A stretch of DNA of 59,177 nt, counting the filler. It is 3 parts of 3 records of this genome, joined end to end, with 100 filler letters (N's around TTAATTAATTAA, not from the genome) between each part and the next. Parts side by side here need not be neighbours in the genome. Positions count along the whole stretch, not along the records: positions 1 to 30,656 come from SRR31156797_10030; 2 more parts are not named here. The stretch is one strand, 5' to 3'. Made by a program: the position numbers and the translations under genes. A model generated the notes under the pieces. That model saw nothing but the letters and a program-made list of their open reading frames with translations, was not told the origin of the DNA and did no database searches. Below, piece after piece: positions 19,503 to 28,381 of the stretch; position 1 is the stretch's first letter, and each line of letters starts with the position of its first letter.

Positions 19503-20309
19503 ATGGATTTTTTTTGTGTTTTAGAAGCACTTTTATTGCAAACAGATATTGAAAAAAAACTTCACAGCTTTAAAGAGTTTTATCAAGAGTTTTTAAGTTC
19601 ACCAAATATCGATTTTAGCTCAGATAAAGAGCCGATAGTTTTTAAAACCCCATCATTTGAGAAACACTGCACTATTGTATATCCTACAAAAGTACCCCAT
19701 AGAAAAAATCTTCAAACAAAAGAGGGGATGGGAAATCTTCTTCATGCGATCGCCCATATTGAATATAGTGCGATTGATCTAGCTTTAGATGCATGTTATA
19801 GGTTTCGTGGGCTTCCAAGAGCCTATTATGAGGATTGGATGGAAGTGGCTGATGATGAGGTGAGACATTTTGAGATGATTTGCGAGCTTATGAGCGAATA
19901 TGATATAAGTTATGGAGATATTCCTGTGCATCAAGGGCTTTTTGATGCAAGTATGAAAAGCTTGGAGTTTATTCCACGAATGGCTTTGATCCCTAGATAT
20001 ATGGAAGCTAATGGACTTGATGCAAATCAGATGCTTATAGATAAACTAAAGTTTATCCCAAATACACAAAAAGTGATTGATCTTCTTCATATTATTTTAG
20101 ATGAAGAGATCGATCATGTAAAAAAAGGAGATCATTGGTATAAATACGGATGTGCAAATAAAGAGAACTTTTCGTGTGATTATTTCAAAATTGTAACATC
20201 AATCTATCCAAATTCCTTTCAAAATAACAAACATGTAAATGTTACAGCAAGGCAGCAAGCTGGTTTTAGCAAAGAGGAGATCGACAAACTTGTAAATTTT
20301 ATGGAATAG
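19503..20309 (+). CDS. DUF455 ferritin-like protein
   Basis: LHAIAHIEYSAIDLALDA, DEVRHF, EANGLDA and EEIDHV. Confidence 0.85.
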   Translation: MDFFCVLEALLLQTDIEKKLHSFKEFYQEFLSSPNIDFSSDKEPIVFKTPSFEKHCTIVYPTKVPHRKNLQTKEGMGNLLHAIAHIEYSAIDLALDACYRFRGLPRAYYEDWMEVADDEVRHFEMICELMSEYDISYGDIPVHQGLFDASMKSLEFIPRMALIPRYMEANGLDANQMLIDKLKFIPNTQKVIDLLHIILDEEIDHVKKGDHWYKYGCANKENFSCDYFKIVTSIYPNSFQNNKHVNVTARQQAGFSKEEIDKLVNFME

Positions 20310-20317
20310 AAATTGCA
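20302..20317 (+). promoter_or_regulatory. sigma54 (-24/-12) promoter
   Basis: TGGAATAGAAATTGCA, i.e. GG-N10-GC, ahead of a run containing nifT and nifA. Confidence 0.75.
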
Positions 20318-20356
20318 TCCTTGTAGATGATTTTAGTTTACAAATAAAGGAAGTAT

Positions 20357-20458
20357 ATGGAAAACATTTATTACATTATGATATCAGTGTCTCTTGCATA
20401 TGCTGCAATTATTGTATACTATACAAACAAAGTATATGGAAAAAAAGAAGAGAAGTAA
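20357..20458 (+). CDS. 33-aa single-TM small protein
   Basis: AAGGA RBS; MENIYYIMISVSLAYAAIIVYYTNKVYGKKEEK; stop lies 2 nt before the next ATG. Confidence 0.65.
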   Translation: MENIYYIMISVSLAYAAIIVYYTNKVYGKKEEK

Positions 20459-20460
20459 AA

Positions 20461-21567
20461 ATGGTAACTGCAACAAAAGAAGACACATTAAACTACGCGA
20501 AAAAATTTTCAAGCTATAAAGATTTTTTTATACAAAGTAATGATCTTATCTTTTCAAAACTTGGACTTGGTACGTTCAATAAAGAACCTTATAAAGAGGA
20601 AAACTATGTTTTTCACTATATTGAGGGTGTAAAAGAGGCTGTAAAAAATGGTATCAATCTAATTGATACAGCGAGTAATTATAGATATGGACAAAGTGAA
20701 AGAGAGATCGGTGAGGCTTTAAAAGAGCTTTATGATGAGGGGATTACAAAAAGAGAAGAGCTTATTATCTGCTCAAAAGGTGGATTTATTCAATTAGATT
20801 ATCCATTTCCTGAGAATCCTTACACTTGGATCAATGAAAATGTTATTGATGCAGGTTTAGCAACTGCAGAGGATATAGAACTAGACCAGCACTGTATGAC
20901 ACCTGATTTTTTAGAGTGGTCATGTAAAAGAAGTTTAGAAAATGTTGGAGTTGATAGCTTTGATATCTATTATCTACATAATCCAGAGATGCAAAAGTTA
21001 AAACTTGGAGAGAAAAAGTTTTATAAAGCGGTAGAATTAGCTTTTAAACGATTTGAAAAGTTAGCAGATGAGGGGCTTTTTAAATACTACGGAGTAGCTG
21101 TATGGAATGGCTTTATCAGTGATAGTGATGAACAAATAGATCTTGAAAAACTTGTGGAGATCGCTCAAAAAGTGGGTGGAGAAAACCATAGGTTTAAATA
21201 TATCCAAACCCCTTTTAATATGGGAAAAACTGCTATTTATACAACATTTACACAAAATGTCGATGGGCAGGAGTGTACACTTTTACAAGCGGCTCATAGA
21301 TTAAAAATAGGAGTGATCAGTAGTTCTAGTTTATTACAAATGAATCTCTTTAAAAAATCATTTACAGCAGAAACAGGAGTGATCTTAGATGATTCTATGA
21401 CTTTAAAAAGTGATATTCAATTAGCATTACAATTCGTACGTTCAACCCCAGGAATAGTAAGTTCACTTTTTGGATCAAAAGTTCCTGTAAATATCAAACA
21501 TAACTGTGAGATATCAAAAGTTAGAGCAGTGGCAAGACAGAAATATGACTTACTTTACAGGCTCTAA
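20461..21567 (+). CDS. Aldo/keto reductase, nif-associated
   Basis: LGLGT; catalytic tetrad in IDTASNY, CSKGG and YYLHNP. Confidence 0.88.
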   Translation: MVTATKEDTLNYAKKFSSYKDFFIQSNDLIFSKLGLGTFNKEPYKEENYVFHYIEGVKEAVKNGINLIDTASNYRYGQSEREIGEALKELYDEGITKREELIICSKGGFIQLDYPFPENPYTWINENVIDAGLATAEDIELDQHCMTPDFLEWSCKRSLENVGVDSFDIYYLHNPEMQKLKLGEKKFYKAVELAFKRFEKLADEGLFKYYGVAVWNGFISDSDEQIDLEKLVEIAQKVGGENHRFKYIQTPFNMGKTAIYTTFTQNVDGQECTLLQAAHRLKIGVISSSSLLQMNLFKKSFTAETGVILDDSMTLKSDIQLALQFVRSTPGIVSSLFGSKVPVNIKHNCEISKVRAVARQKYDLLYRL

Positions 21568-21571
21568 CTAG

Positions 21572-23218
21572 ATGATTTATGATATAGTTGTAGTAGGAGC
21601 TGGTGTTGCAGGCTTGATGGCTGCAATAGAAGCAAAAAAAGATTCACCTACAAAAAAAGTAGCGGTGATCACTAAAGGGAATCTCTTTAAATCAAATAGT
21701 TCTCTTGCAAGTGGTGGGATCAATGCGGTTTTAGATAAAAGTGATAGTAGTTCTATAGAAAAGCATATTGAGGATACTTTAAAAGGCTCATATGATCTAG
21801 CTGATAGAAAAGCAGTATCATATATGTGTGAGCGTGCAAGTGATATTATCTCTAAGTTGATCGACTATGGGGTTGAATTTGATAGAGATGAAAATGGAAA
21901 TATCGCTCAAAGAAGCTTTGGTGGCGGAAGTGAAAAAAGAACCTGCTATGTGGGAGACAAAACAGGTTCTGCGATCACTGCAGCACTTATAAAAAAGGCA
22001 AAAAGCGTTGGTGTTGATTATTTAGTAAATAACTTTGTACTTAATATTACTCAGCTTGAAAATAAAGTAACAGGAGTAGTTGCTATAAGAAGATTTGATT
22101 CTTCAGTGATGGTATATCCTGCAAAAGCTGTTATTTTAGCTGGTGGTGGATATTCTGGACTTTATCGAGGATTTAGTACAAATGCTCAAGATTATACAGG
22201 AGATTGTATAGCAATAGCTTTGCGAGCTGGACTAAATGTAAAAGATATGGAGTTTGTACAGTTTCATCCAACTGGGTTTGTCAAAACAAGCTATCTTGTA
22301 AGTGAAGCTGCCCGTGGTGAAGGTGGTCATCTAGTCAATATTGATGGTGAGCGTTTCGTAGAAGAACTTGCTACAAGAGATGTGGTCTCTAAAGCGATCT
22401 CAGAGCAGATAAAAAATGGACAAAAAGTCTTTATCGATCTAAGACATCTTAGTAAAGAGCATATTGAGACAAAACTTCCAAGCCTTTATAAAGCTGCATA
22501 TATGCAAGCTGGAGTTGATGTAAGTGAAGAGCTTTTAGAGATAAAACCTGTAGCTCACTATACAATGGGTGGAATCGAAGCCAATATGACAACCACTGCT
22601 CTTAAAGGACTTTATGTATGTGGTGAGTGTGCAGTCAATAATGTACATGGAGCCAATAGACTTGGTGGAAACTCACTCTTAGAGGGTGTAGTATTTGGAG
22701 AACTTGCTGGGCAAAAAGCTATCAAATATATAGATGGGAAAGAGTTCTTACCAATTGACTATAATATCGTAGCAAAAGATCAAAAATGGGTGGATCATAT
22801 CTTTGATCAAGATACAACAAAAAACTTCAACTCTATGAGAATCAGTTTAGGGCGTACCCTTTTTGAACACGCTGGAATAGCAAGAACAAAAGAGAGTTTG
22901 ACAAAAGCTTTTGATTATTTAAAATACTTAAGACGTGAATCAAGTACACTACATTGTATCGATAAAAGTAGAAATAATAATGTAGAACTTATAGCCATTT
23001 TAGAACTTAGAAATGCTTTGGTAGTTTCTGAAGCCTTGGTTTTAAGTGCTATGAAAAGAGAAGAGAGTCGTGGAGCTCACCATAGAGATGACCATGCAGA
23101 GCAAAATGAAAACTTTAGTAAGCATATATTAGTCAATGAGCTTAAAAAGAACTTTTTTAAAGTTTGGCTTGAAGATACTAGCTTTCTAAGTAGGATTAGG
23201 GGCTGGCTGTCACATTAA
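21572..23218 (+). CDS. FAD-dependent oxidoreductase of the SdhA/FrdA/NadB family
   Basis: GAGVAG, SNSSLASGG, QFHPT, SEAARGEGG, AHYTMGG, HGANRLGGNSL and ESRGAH. Confidence 0.88.
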   Translation: MIYDIVVVGAGVAGLMAAIEAKKDSPTKKVAVITKGNLFKSNSSLASGGINAVLDKSDSSSIEKHIEDTLKGSYDLADRKAVSYMCERASDIISKLIDYGVEFDRDENGNIAQRSFGGGSEKRTCYVGDKTGSAITAALIKKAKSVGVDYLVNNFVLNITQLENKVTGVVAIRRFDSSVMVYPAKAVILAGGGYSGLYRGFSTNAQDYTGDCIAIALRAGLNVKDMEFVQFHPTGFVKTSYLVSEAARGEGGHLVNIDGERFVEELATRDVVSKAISEQIKNGQKVFIDLRHLSKEHIETKLPSLYKAAYMQAGVDVSEELLEIKPVAHYTMGGIEANMTTTALKGLYVCGECAVNNVHGANRLGGNSLLEGVVFGELAGQKAIKYIDGKEFLPIDYNIVAKDQKWVDHIFDQDTTKNFNSMRISLGRTLFEHAGIARTKESLTKAFDYLKYLRRESSTLHCIDKSRNNNVELIAILELRNALVVSEALVLSAMKREESRGAHHRDDHAEQNENFSKHILVNELKKNFFKVWLEDTSFLSRIRGWLSH

Positions 23219-23250
23219 AAAATTAATTTAAACAAAATAAAGGAGAAAAT

Positions 23251-23460
23251 ATGGCAAAAGTTATGTTAAGAGAAAATAATGGAGAGATCTATTTTTATAT
23301 TGCAAAAAAAGATATGGAAGAAACAATTGAAACAATAGAGTTTAATACGGATGAAAACTGGGGTGGAGAAGTTGAGCTTAGTAATGGTGAAACTTGGTGG
23401 ATTCAACCAGGTCCAAAAAACTTACCAAAAGAAGAAGTTTGTAAAAAACTCGCTGACTGA
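23251..23460 (+). CDS. nifT: NifT/FixU nitrogen fixation protein
   Basis: 69 aa; KVMLR..., YIAKKDMEE, WGGEVELSNG. Confidence 0.88.
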   Translation: MAKVMLRENNGEIYFYIAKKDMEETIETIEFNTDENWGGEVELSNGETWWIQPGPKNLPKEEVCKKLAD

Positions 23461-23506
23461 TTATATTATATACAGTTATTGTCTTTATAAAGTTATCAAA
23501 TAATAC

Positions 23507-23539
23507 TATAATTAGTACTTGAAATATATACTAATTATA
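23507..23539. promoter_or_regulatory. 11-bp perfect inverted repeat upstream of nifA
   Basis: TATAATTAGTA-N11-TACTAATTATA. Confidence 0.5.
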
Positions 23540-23553
23540 CAAATAGGATAAAT

Positions 23554-25080
23554 ATGAACGACGATTTAAAAGATAGTTTACATCAACTAGAATTAAATGT
23601 ATTATATGAGATCGCTGATATTATGGCAGCTTCAAGGGGAGAGATCATACACTCCTTGGAGAAGTGCTTAAGTGTTTTAAAGAAAAATCTTGATCTAGAT
23701 AATTGTGTTATTTACAAACTAGAAGATGATATTTTAAACATTTTTGCTGCAATCAATTTCAATAAACATCAAAAAGTAATTTCAGAGTACAGAATGGGTG
23801 AGGGAGCCACTGGCCTTGCTGCAAAAAGCATGGAACCAGTAGTGATCGAAAATGTTCACAATGATATACTTTTTTTAAATAAATCAGGACATAGAAGTAG
23901 TGATACGATCTCTTATATAGCAGTTCCTATGATAGTAGAGAACGAAGTATTAGGAGTTTTAGCTACAAACCTAACAAAATCAACAAAAATAGGATTTGAT
24001 GATACTGTCAGAATTTTAAGTATCGCAAGTTCACTTTTTGCCCAAAGTATTTATTCTTACTTAGTTGTAGAGAATGAAAAAGAGCGGTTAACAGATCTAA
24101 AACAATATTATAAAATGGAGTGGGATTCAAAAGTGCATAACTTTGGAGATATAATCGGCGAAAGCAAAAAGATGAAGGATGTCTATAAAGTTATAGAAAG
24201 AATTGCACCAAGTGATGTAACAGTACTTGTTAGAGGTGAAACTGGAACAGGAAAAGAGCTAGTCGCCGCTGCAATTCACAAAAGAAGTAAAAGAGCAGAG
24301 GAGCCATTTGTAAAGCTTAATTGTGCTGCTATTACTGATACACTACTTGAAAGTGAACTTTTTGGACATGAAAAAGGTGCATTTACCGATGCAAAAGAGA
24401 CAAGAAAAGGGCGTTTTGAACTTGCTGATAAAGGAACTTTATTTTTAGATGAGATAGGAGATATCTCAGCATCAGCACAAGTAAAACTTCTAAGGGTTTT
24501 ACAAGAGCGAGAGTTTGAAAGAGTTGGTGGTACAAAAACCATTAAAGTAAATGTACGACTAGTGGCTGCTACAAATCGAGACCTAGAACAGATGGTAAAA
24601 GATGGAGAATTTAGAGAGGATCTATACTATAGATTAAATGTGATTCCTATCGATCTTCCACCACTTAGAAAAAGAGGGGATGATATAAGACTATTGGTAA
24701 ACTTCTTTCTTGAACGTGCTATTAAAAATCATAAAAAACCTGTCTCTATCACTGAGGAAGCGATGGCAAAACTGATGAAATATCCATGGCCTGGAAATGT
24801 TAGAGAGATGGAAAATACATTGGAGAGAATCGTACTTATGGGTGATGAAAATGGTATTAGTGCAGAAGATATGCTTCTACTTCTACCAGCACTTAATAAT
24901 GAAAACTTAGTAGATGAATATAAAGCGATCCCAATGGCAAATAAAACCTTAGATGAGTTAGAGTGTGAAGCGATTCAAAAGGCTCTTAAAGAGTGTGATG
25001 GAAACCAAAGTAAAGCTGCTAAAATGCTTGGTATCACAGTTCGACAAATAGGATATAAAGTAAAAAAATATGGAATCTAA
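23554..25080 (+). CDS. nifA: NifA-type sigma54 enhancer-binding protein
   Basis: GAF domain ([15 protein letters not shown]), [30 protein letters not shown] and [22 protein letters not shown]; next to nifT. Confidence 0.9.
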   Translation: MNDDLKDSLHQLELNVLYEIADIMAASRGEIIHSLEKCLSVLKKNLDLDNCVIYKLEDDILNIFAAINFNKHQKVISEYRMGEGATGLAAKSMEPVVIENVHNDILFLNKSGHRSSDTISYIAVPMIVENEVLGVLATNLTKSTKIGFDDTVRILSIASSLFAQSIYSYLVVENEKERLTDLKQYYKMEWDSKVHNFGDIIGESKKMKDVYKVIERIAPSDVTVLVRGETGTGKELVAAAIHKRSKRAEEPFVKLNCAAITDTLLESELFGHEKGAFTDAKETRKGRFELADKGTLFLDEIGDISASAQVKLLRVLQEREFERVGGTKTIKVNVRLVAATNRDLEQMVKDGEFREDLYYRLNVIPIDLPPLRKRGDDIRLLVNFFLERAIKNHKKPVSITEEAMAKLMKYPWPGNVREMENTLERIVLMGDENGISAEDMLLLLPALNNENLVDEYKAIPMANKTLDELECEAIQKALKECDGNQSKAAKMLGITVRQIGYKVKKYGI

Positions 25081-25609
25081 AATAAAATACAATGATGAGC
25101 TTTTAGAGCTCACAGATGACTTTATCGATGTTGGGTATATGGCTGAAAATCTTGAAGTCACAACTGTTGAGGGTGAAACAAAAGAGATAAAAAGAAGTCA
25201 TAGTGATGATGCTATGACACTTCTTATCTCAATGCCAACCACAGAAGATGCTTTTGTAAAAGAGATGCTTAAACTTGATGAGTTTATGAGTCATATTGAA
25301 GTGCAGACTCACTGTTACTATATAGCAAATGAAAATAGCGAAGATATCAAACTTATCTCAAAGGCGTTGAAAAAGTTTGAGATGGTTATAGATAGTGAAG
25401 AAGAGTATGGAAATATGTATGGTACAAAGATAGTAAGCGGAAGCTTAGAAGATAAACTTACAAAAGCTCTTTTTCTTATCTCAAAAGATGGAGCAGTATT
25501 TTATCTACAGATGCCAGATGATATGGCAACGCCTCTTGATATGGAAAGATTAAAAGTGGAGCTTAATAAAGCTTTTGCTACTTACAATGGAGTAGGGTGC
25601 CACGGATAA
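25070..25609 (+). CDS. Tpx/redoxin-fold protein lacking the peroxidatic Cys
   Basis: Tpx-like pattern ([36 protein letters not shown]) with no PxxxTxxC; C-terminal GVGCHG. Confidence 0.65.
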   Translation: MESKIKYNDELLELTDDFIDVGYMAENLEVTTVEGETKEIKRSHSDDAMTLLISMPTTEDAFVKEMLKLDEFMSHIEVQTHCYYIANENSEDIKLISKALKKFEMVIDSEEEYGNMYGTKIVSGSLEDKLTKALFLISKDGAVFYLQMPDDMATPLDMERLKVELNKAFATYNGVGCHG

Positions 25610-25680
25610 TATTGCACTTTGCAATATAATTAAACCAACTTTTAAAATTGTGCTAAACTCAAAATAAAAAAGGGTTTAGT

Positions 25681-26325
25681 ATGAAACAACTTCATCAACT
25701 TGATAACTTCGACAAACCAAGAGAAAAACTTCTTCAAAAAGGTGCAAAAAACCTCAAAGACTATGAACTTGTAGCGATACTTTTAGGAAGTGGAGTAAAA
25801 GGGAAAGATGTCTTTAAACTCTCCCGTGAGATCGTAGAACTAATGGACAAAGAGTTTGATACACTTACATTAGAAAAGCTTTTATCAGTTCATGGACTTG
25901 GTCTTGCTAAAGCTTCTCAAATTCTCTCAGCAGTAGAACTCTCAAGTAGATATCTTATCAAAACCCATAAAAAGATCAATAACGCAAAAGATGTATATGA
26001 AGAACTAAAAGAGTATAGAGATAAAAAGCAAGAGTATTTTTTAGCTCTCTATCTAGATGGAGCGAATAATCTTTGTGAGTTAAAAGTGATCACGATAGGA
26101 ACTCTTAATCAAAGCTTGGTTCATCCAAGAGAAGTATTTGCTCCAGCTATTGAAAAAAGATGTGCAAGTATCATTGTGGCACATAATCATCCAAGTGGTA
26201 TCTTAGAAGCTAGCTATGAAGATATAGAAGTGACAAAAAGATTAAAAGAGTGTGGGAAACTTTTGGGTGTAGAGATGCTTGATCATATTGTTTTTACTAA
26301 AGATGGATATATAAGTGTGGAATAG
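25681..26325 (+). CDS. radC: RadC/JAB-domain protein
   Basis: KPREKL, ELVAILLGSG, VHPREVF, AHNHPSG and LDHI. Confidence 0.92.
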   Translation: MKQLHQLDNFDKPREKLLQKGAKNLKDYELVAILLGSGVKGKDVFKLSREIVELMDKEFDTLTLEKLLSVHGLGLAKASQILSAVELSSRYLIKTHKKINNAKDVYEELKEYRDKKQEYFLALYLDGANNLCELKVITIGTLNQSLVHPREVFAPAIEKRCASIIVAHNHPSGILEASYEDIEVTKRLKECGKLLGVEMLDHIVFTKDGYISVE

Positions 26326-26327
26326 AT

Positions 26328-26405
26328 ATGATAAAAATGTTTAATAAACAAATCAAGCTTTATGATATAGAAGTAGGTTCTTTAGTGTGGGTTGATTTTA
26401 TTTGA
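26328..26405 (+). pseudogene. Possible 5' fragment of a PemK/MazF-like gene
   Basis: MIKMFNKQIKLYDIEVGSLVWVDFI*; GSLVWVDF resembles the MazF N-terminal GDLIWVDF strand. Confidence 0.35.
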
Positions 26406-26430
26406 TTTTTTTTCTAAGTTGTTATATAAT
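26402..26430 (+). promoter_or_regulatory. sigma70 promoter
   Basis: TTGATT-N17-TATAAT. Confidence 0.65.
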
Positions 26431-26436
26431 TTAAAT

Positions 26437-26536
26437 ATAAAGAATTTGGGCGGTTACACTTGTAGCGGGCTCGCCGATGGCAGGGGTACTGAAAACAAAC
26501 GAAGTGCAGTTTCCTGTAAAAGGTACTCCTTTTTTT
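26437..26536 (+). ncRNA. Candidate structured non-coding RNA (about 100 nt)
   Basis: GC-rich island between a consensus promoter and a T7 run; stems GGCG/CGCC, GTTAC/GTAGC, AGGGGTAC/GTACTCCT and TGCAG/CTGTA. Confidence 0.55.
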
Positions 26537-26581
26537 ATGGCTGAATTATTCTCTTTACATATCCTAAATAGATCTGACATA

Positions 26582-27058
26582 CTAAAGAGTATCATTAAAC
26601 TCTTTGATCTCTTTTAGCTTTGCAATAAAATTTTGAAGCAGAGGCTTTGGAGCATAAGGAAGTAGTGAGAGAAGTTCACTCTGTGTTGAGTTTTTTTCAT
26701 AAGAGTTTGAAGGCTCCCCTATAAGTGAGCTATCAAATTTAAGATCAAACTTCTTTTTTAATATCTCAATTTCATCCTTTGAAGCAGTTTTTACAAGATT
26801 TTGAAAAAACTTTTTACGAGATTTTTCATCATGAGTAAAAAGCTCTTGTTCACTTACTTGTAATACTTCAGCGATATAAGGGATAAGCTCTATTTTAATA
26901 GCAATAGAGCCATCTAGATATTTGTAGATCGTTTTTTCTGTGGGTGTTTCCCCTGTGCTTTTTAGCTTTGGTTCTAAATCTTGGAGTTTTTTAGAAAAAG
27001 CTCTTTTTGATAAATTTTGTTCACGTAATAATAGATTGATTCTCTCATAGACTTCCAT
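26582..27058 (-). CDS. XRE-family HTH regulator
   Basis: N-terminal HTH ERINLLLREQNLSKRAFS...TIYKYLDG...IAEVLQVSEQELF. Confidence 0.75.
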   Translation of the reverse strand: MEVYERINLLLREQNLSKRAFSKKLQDLEPKLKSTGETPTEKTIYKYLDGSIAIKIELIPYIAEVLQVSEQELFTHDEKSRKKFFQNLVKTASKDEIEILKKKFDLKFDSSLIGEPSNSYEKNSTQSELLSLLPYAPKPLLQNFIAKLKEIKEFNDTL

Positions 27059-27168
27059 TTAATTCCCTTAAAAATATAATTTTATAAAAATCTTGTATAT
27101 ACTTAATAGAATATTAATACTCTAATAAGTAGAATAGTTTTATGCTTGATTTTGCTAAAGGGGTAGTT

Positions 27169-28215
27169 ATGAAAGAGAAAGCAAAGTATCTATTTGTGGT
27201 TTTTCTGATATTTAGTATAAATATCTCTTTGTACTATACTATCTTAGTTCAAGAGTATATAAAAAGTATTTTTGGATGTCAGCTAATAGTTTACCTATCC
27301 ATAGCTGTTTTAATTAATGGATTTTTTTATCTTTTTATTCTCTCTTTAAAACAAAAAAAGCAGATCGTTTTTATCTCTAATGATGTCAAAACAGTTGAGA
27401 AAGAGTATTATGCTCTTCATAAAGAGTTTAAAAAAAGGCTTGAAGAAGAGATCAATACTATAAAGAAAAAAGATAAAGTGATCTACGAACAATCAAAACT
27501 TCTCTCTATGAAAGAGCTTATCAACAACATTTCCCATCAATGGAGACAACCTCTTTCTATCATCTCAGTAGCAGCTACATCCTTACAATTTGAAGAGGAG
27601 AATGGGATCATTCTTAATAAAAAGAAGATACTAGATGTCTGTACTATGATCAATGAAAATGCCCAATACCTCTCAGCTACCCTTGATAATTTTAATAACT
27701 TTTCCGCCCAACAAAAGCAGAAAAATATCTTTAAGCTTAAAAGTTTTTTACATCAAGTCTTTGGGCTTACAAATCTGTTTCATGATACCTATAATATTCA
27801 GATGGGATATGATCTAAAAAAAGATATCTCCATATGTAGCTACCAACATGATCTAACACAAGTACTTTTAAATATCTTTAATAATTCCAAAGAGATCTTT
27901 GAATATAGAGATATAAAAGATCGTTTTATCTTTGTGGAGATAGATGCAGATGAAAAATATTGTTATATCCATATCAAAGATAGTGCTGGAGGAATTGATG
28001 AGGAGATTATTGATAGAGTGTTTGAACCCTATTTTACTACAAAACATCAGGCTCAAGGAGTAGGGCTAGGGCTTTATCTTTCTTATGTGATCGTCACTCA
28101 AAAACTACAAGGAGAGATTCGTGTATTTAATACTACTTTTGAGCATGAATTATGTGAGAAAGAGCTTTATGGTGTGGAGGTGGTGATCAGTGTTCCTATA
28201 ATTGGTCAAAGTTAA
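27169..28215 (+). CDS. Membrane sensor histidine kinase
   Basis: Two TM segments; ISHQWRQPL, N-box LNIFNNS, DSAGGI, FEPYFTTK and GVGLGL. Confidence 0.9.
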   Translation: MKEKAKYLFVVFLIFSINISLYYTILVQEYIKSIFGCQLIVYLSIAVLINGFFYLFILSLKQKKQIVFISNDVKTVEKEYYALHKEFKKRLEEEINTIKKKDKVIYEQSKLLSMKELINNISHQWRQPLSIISVAATSLQFEEENGIILNKKKILDVCTMINENAQYLSATLDNFNNFSAQQKQKNIFKLKSFLHQVFGLTNLFHDTYNIQMGYDLKKDISICSYQHDLTQVLLNIFNNSKEIFEYRDIKDRFIFVEIDADEKYCYIHIKDSAGGIDEEIIDRVFEPYFTTKHQAQGVGLGLYLSYVIVTQKLQGEIRVFNTTFEHELCEKELYGVEVVISVPIIGQS

Positions 28216-28381
28216 TAGTTCAAGCAAGTTTTCTTAACTATAATAACCATTCAAAAAACACATAAGTATAATCTAATACCATAGATATAAATATAAAATA
28301 AAGTCATAAAAATAAAACAAATAATAATCAAATAGATATTTAGCTAAAATAATACTTTATTAGTCCAAGGAGAGTTTTTTA

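Noticed and set aside
20100-20300. NifA upstream activator sequence (TGT-N10-ACA) before the sigma54 promoter
   Set aside because: I found only imperfect matches (TGT-N7-ACA, TGT-N10-AGA and half-sites), which is not enough to call.
25681-26325. radC as a marker of an integrated mobile element
   Set aside because: It is a full-length chromosomal-type RadC, and I saw no integrase, transposase or att repeats.
7632-26405. The idea that the two PemK-like fragments are halves of one gene split by an insertion
   Set aside because: The 3' fragment lies upstream of the 5' fragment, there are no shared junction repeats, and core genes lie between them.
26482-26530. Hammerhead ribozyme-like three-way junction (CTGAAAA...CGAAG)
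   Set aside because: It lacks the required CUGANGA, GAAA and NUH core geometry.
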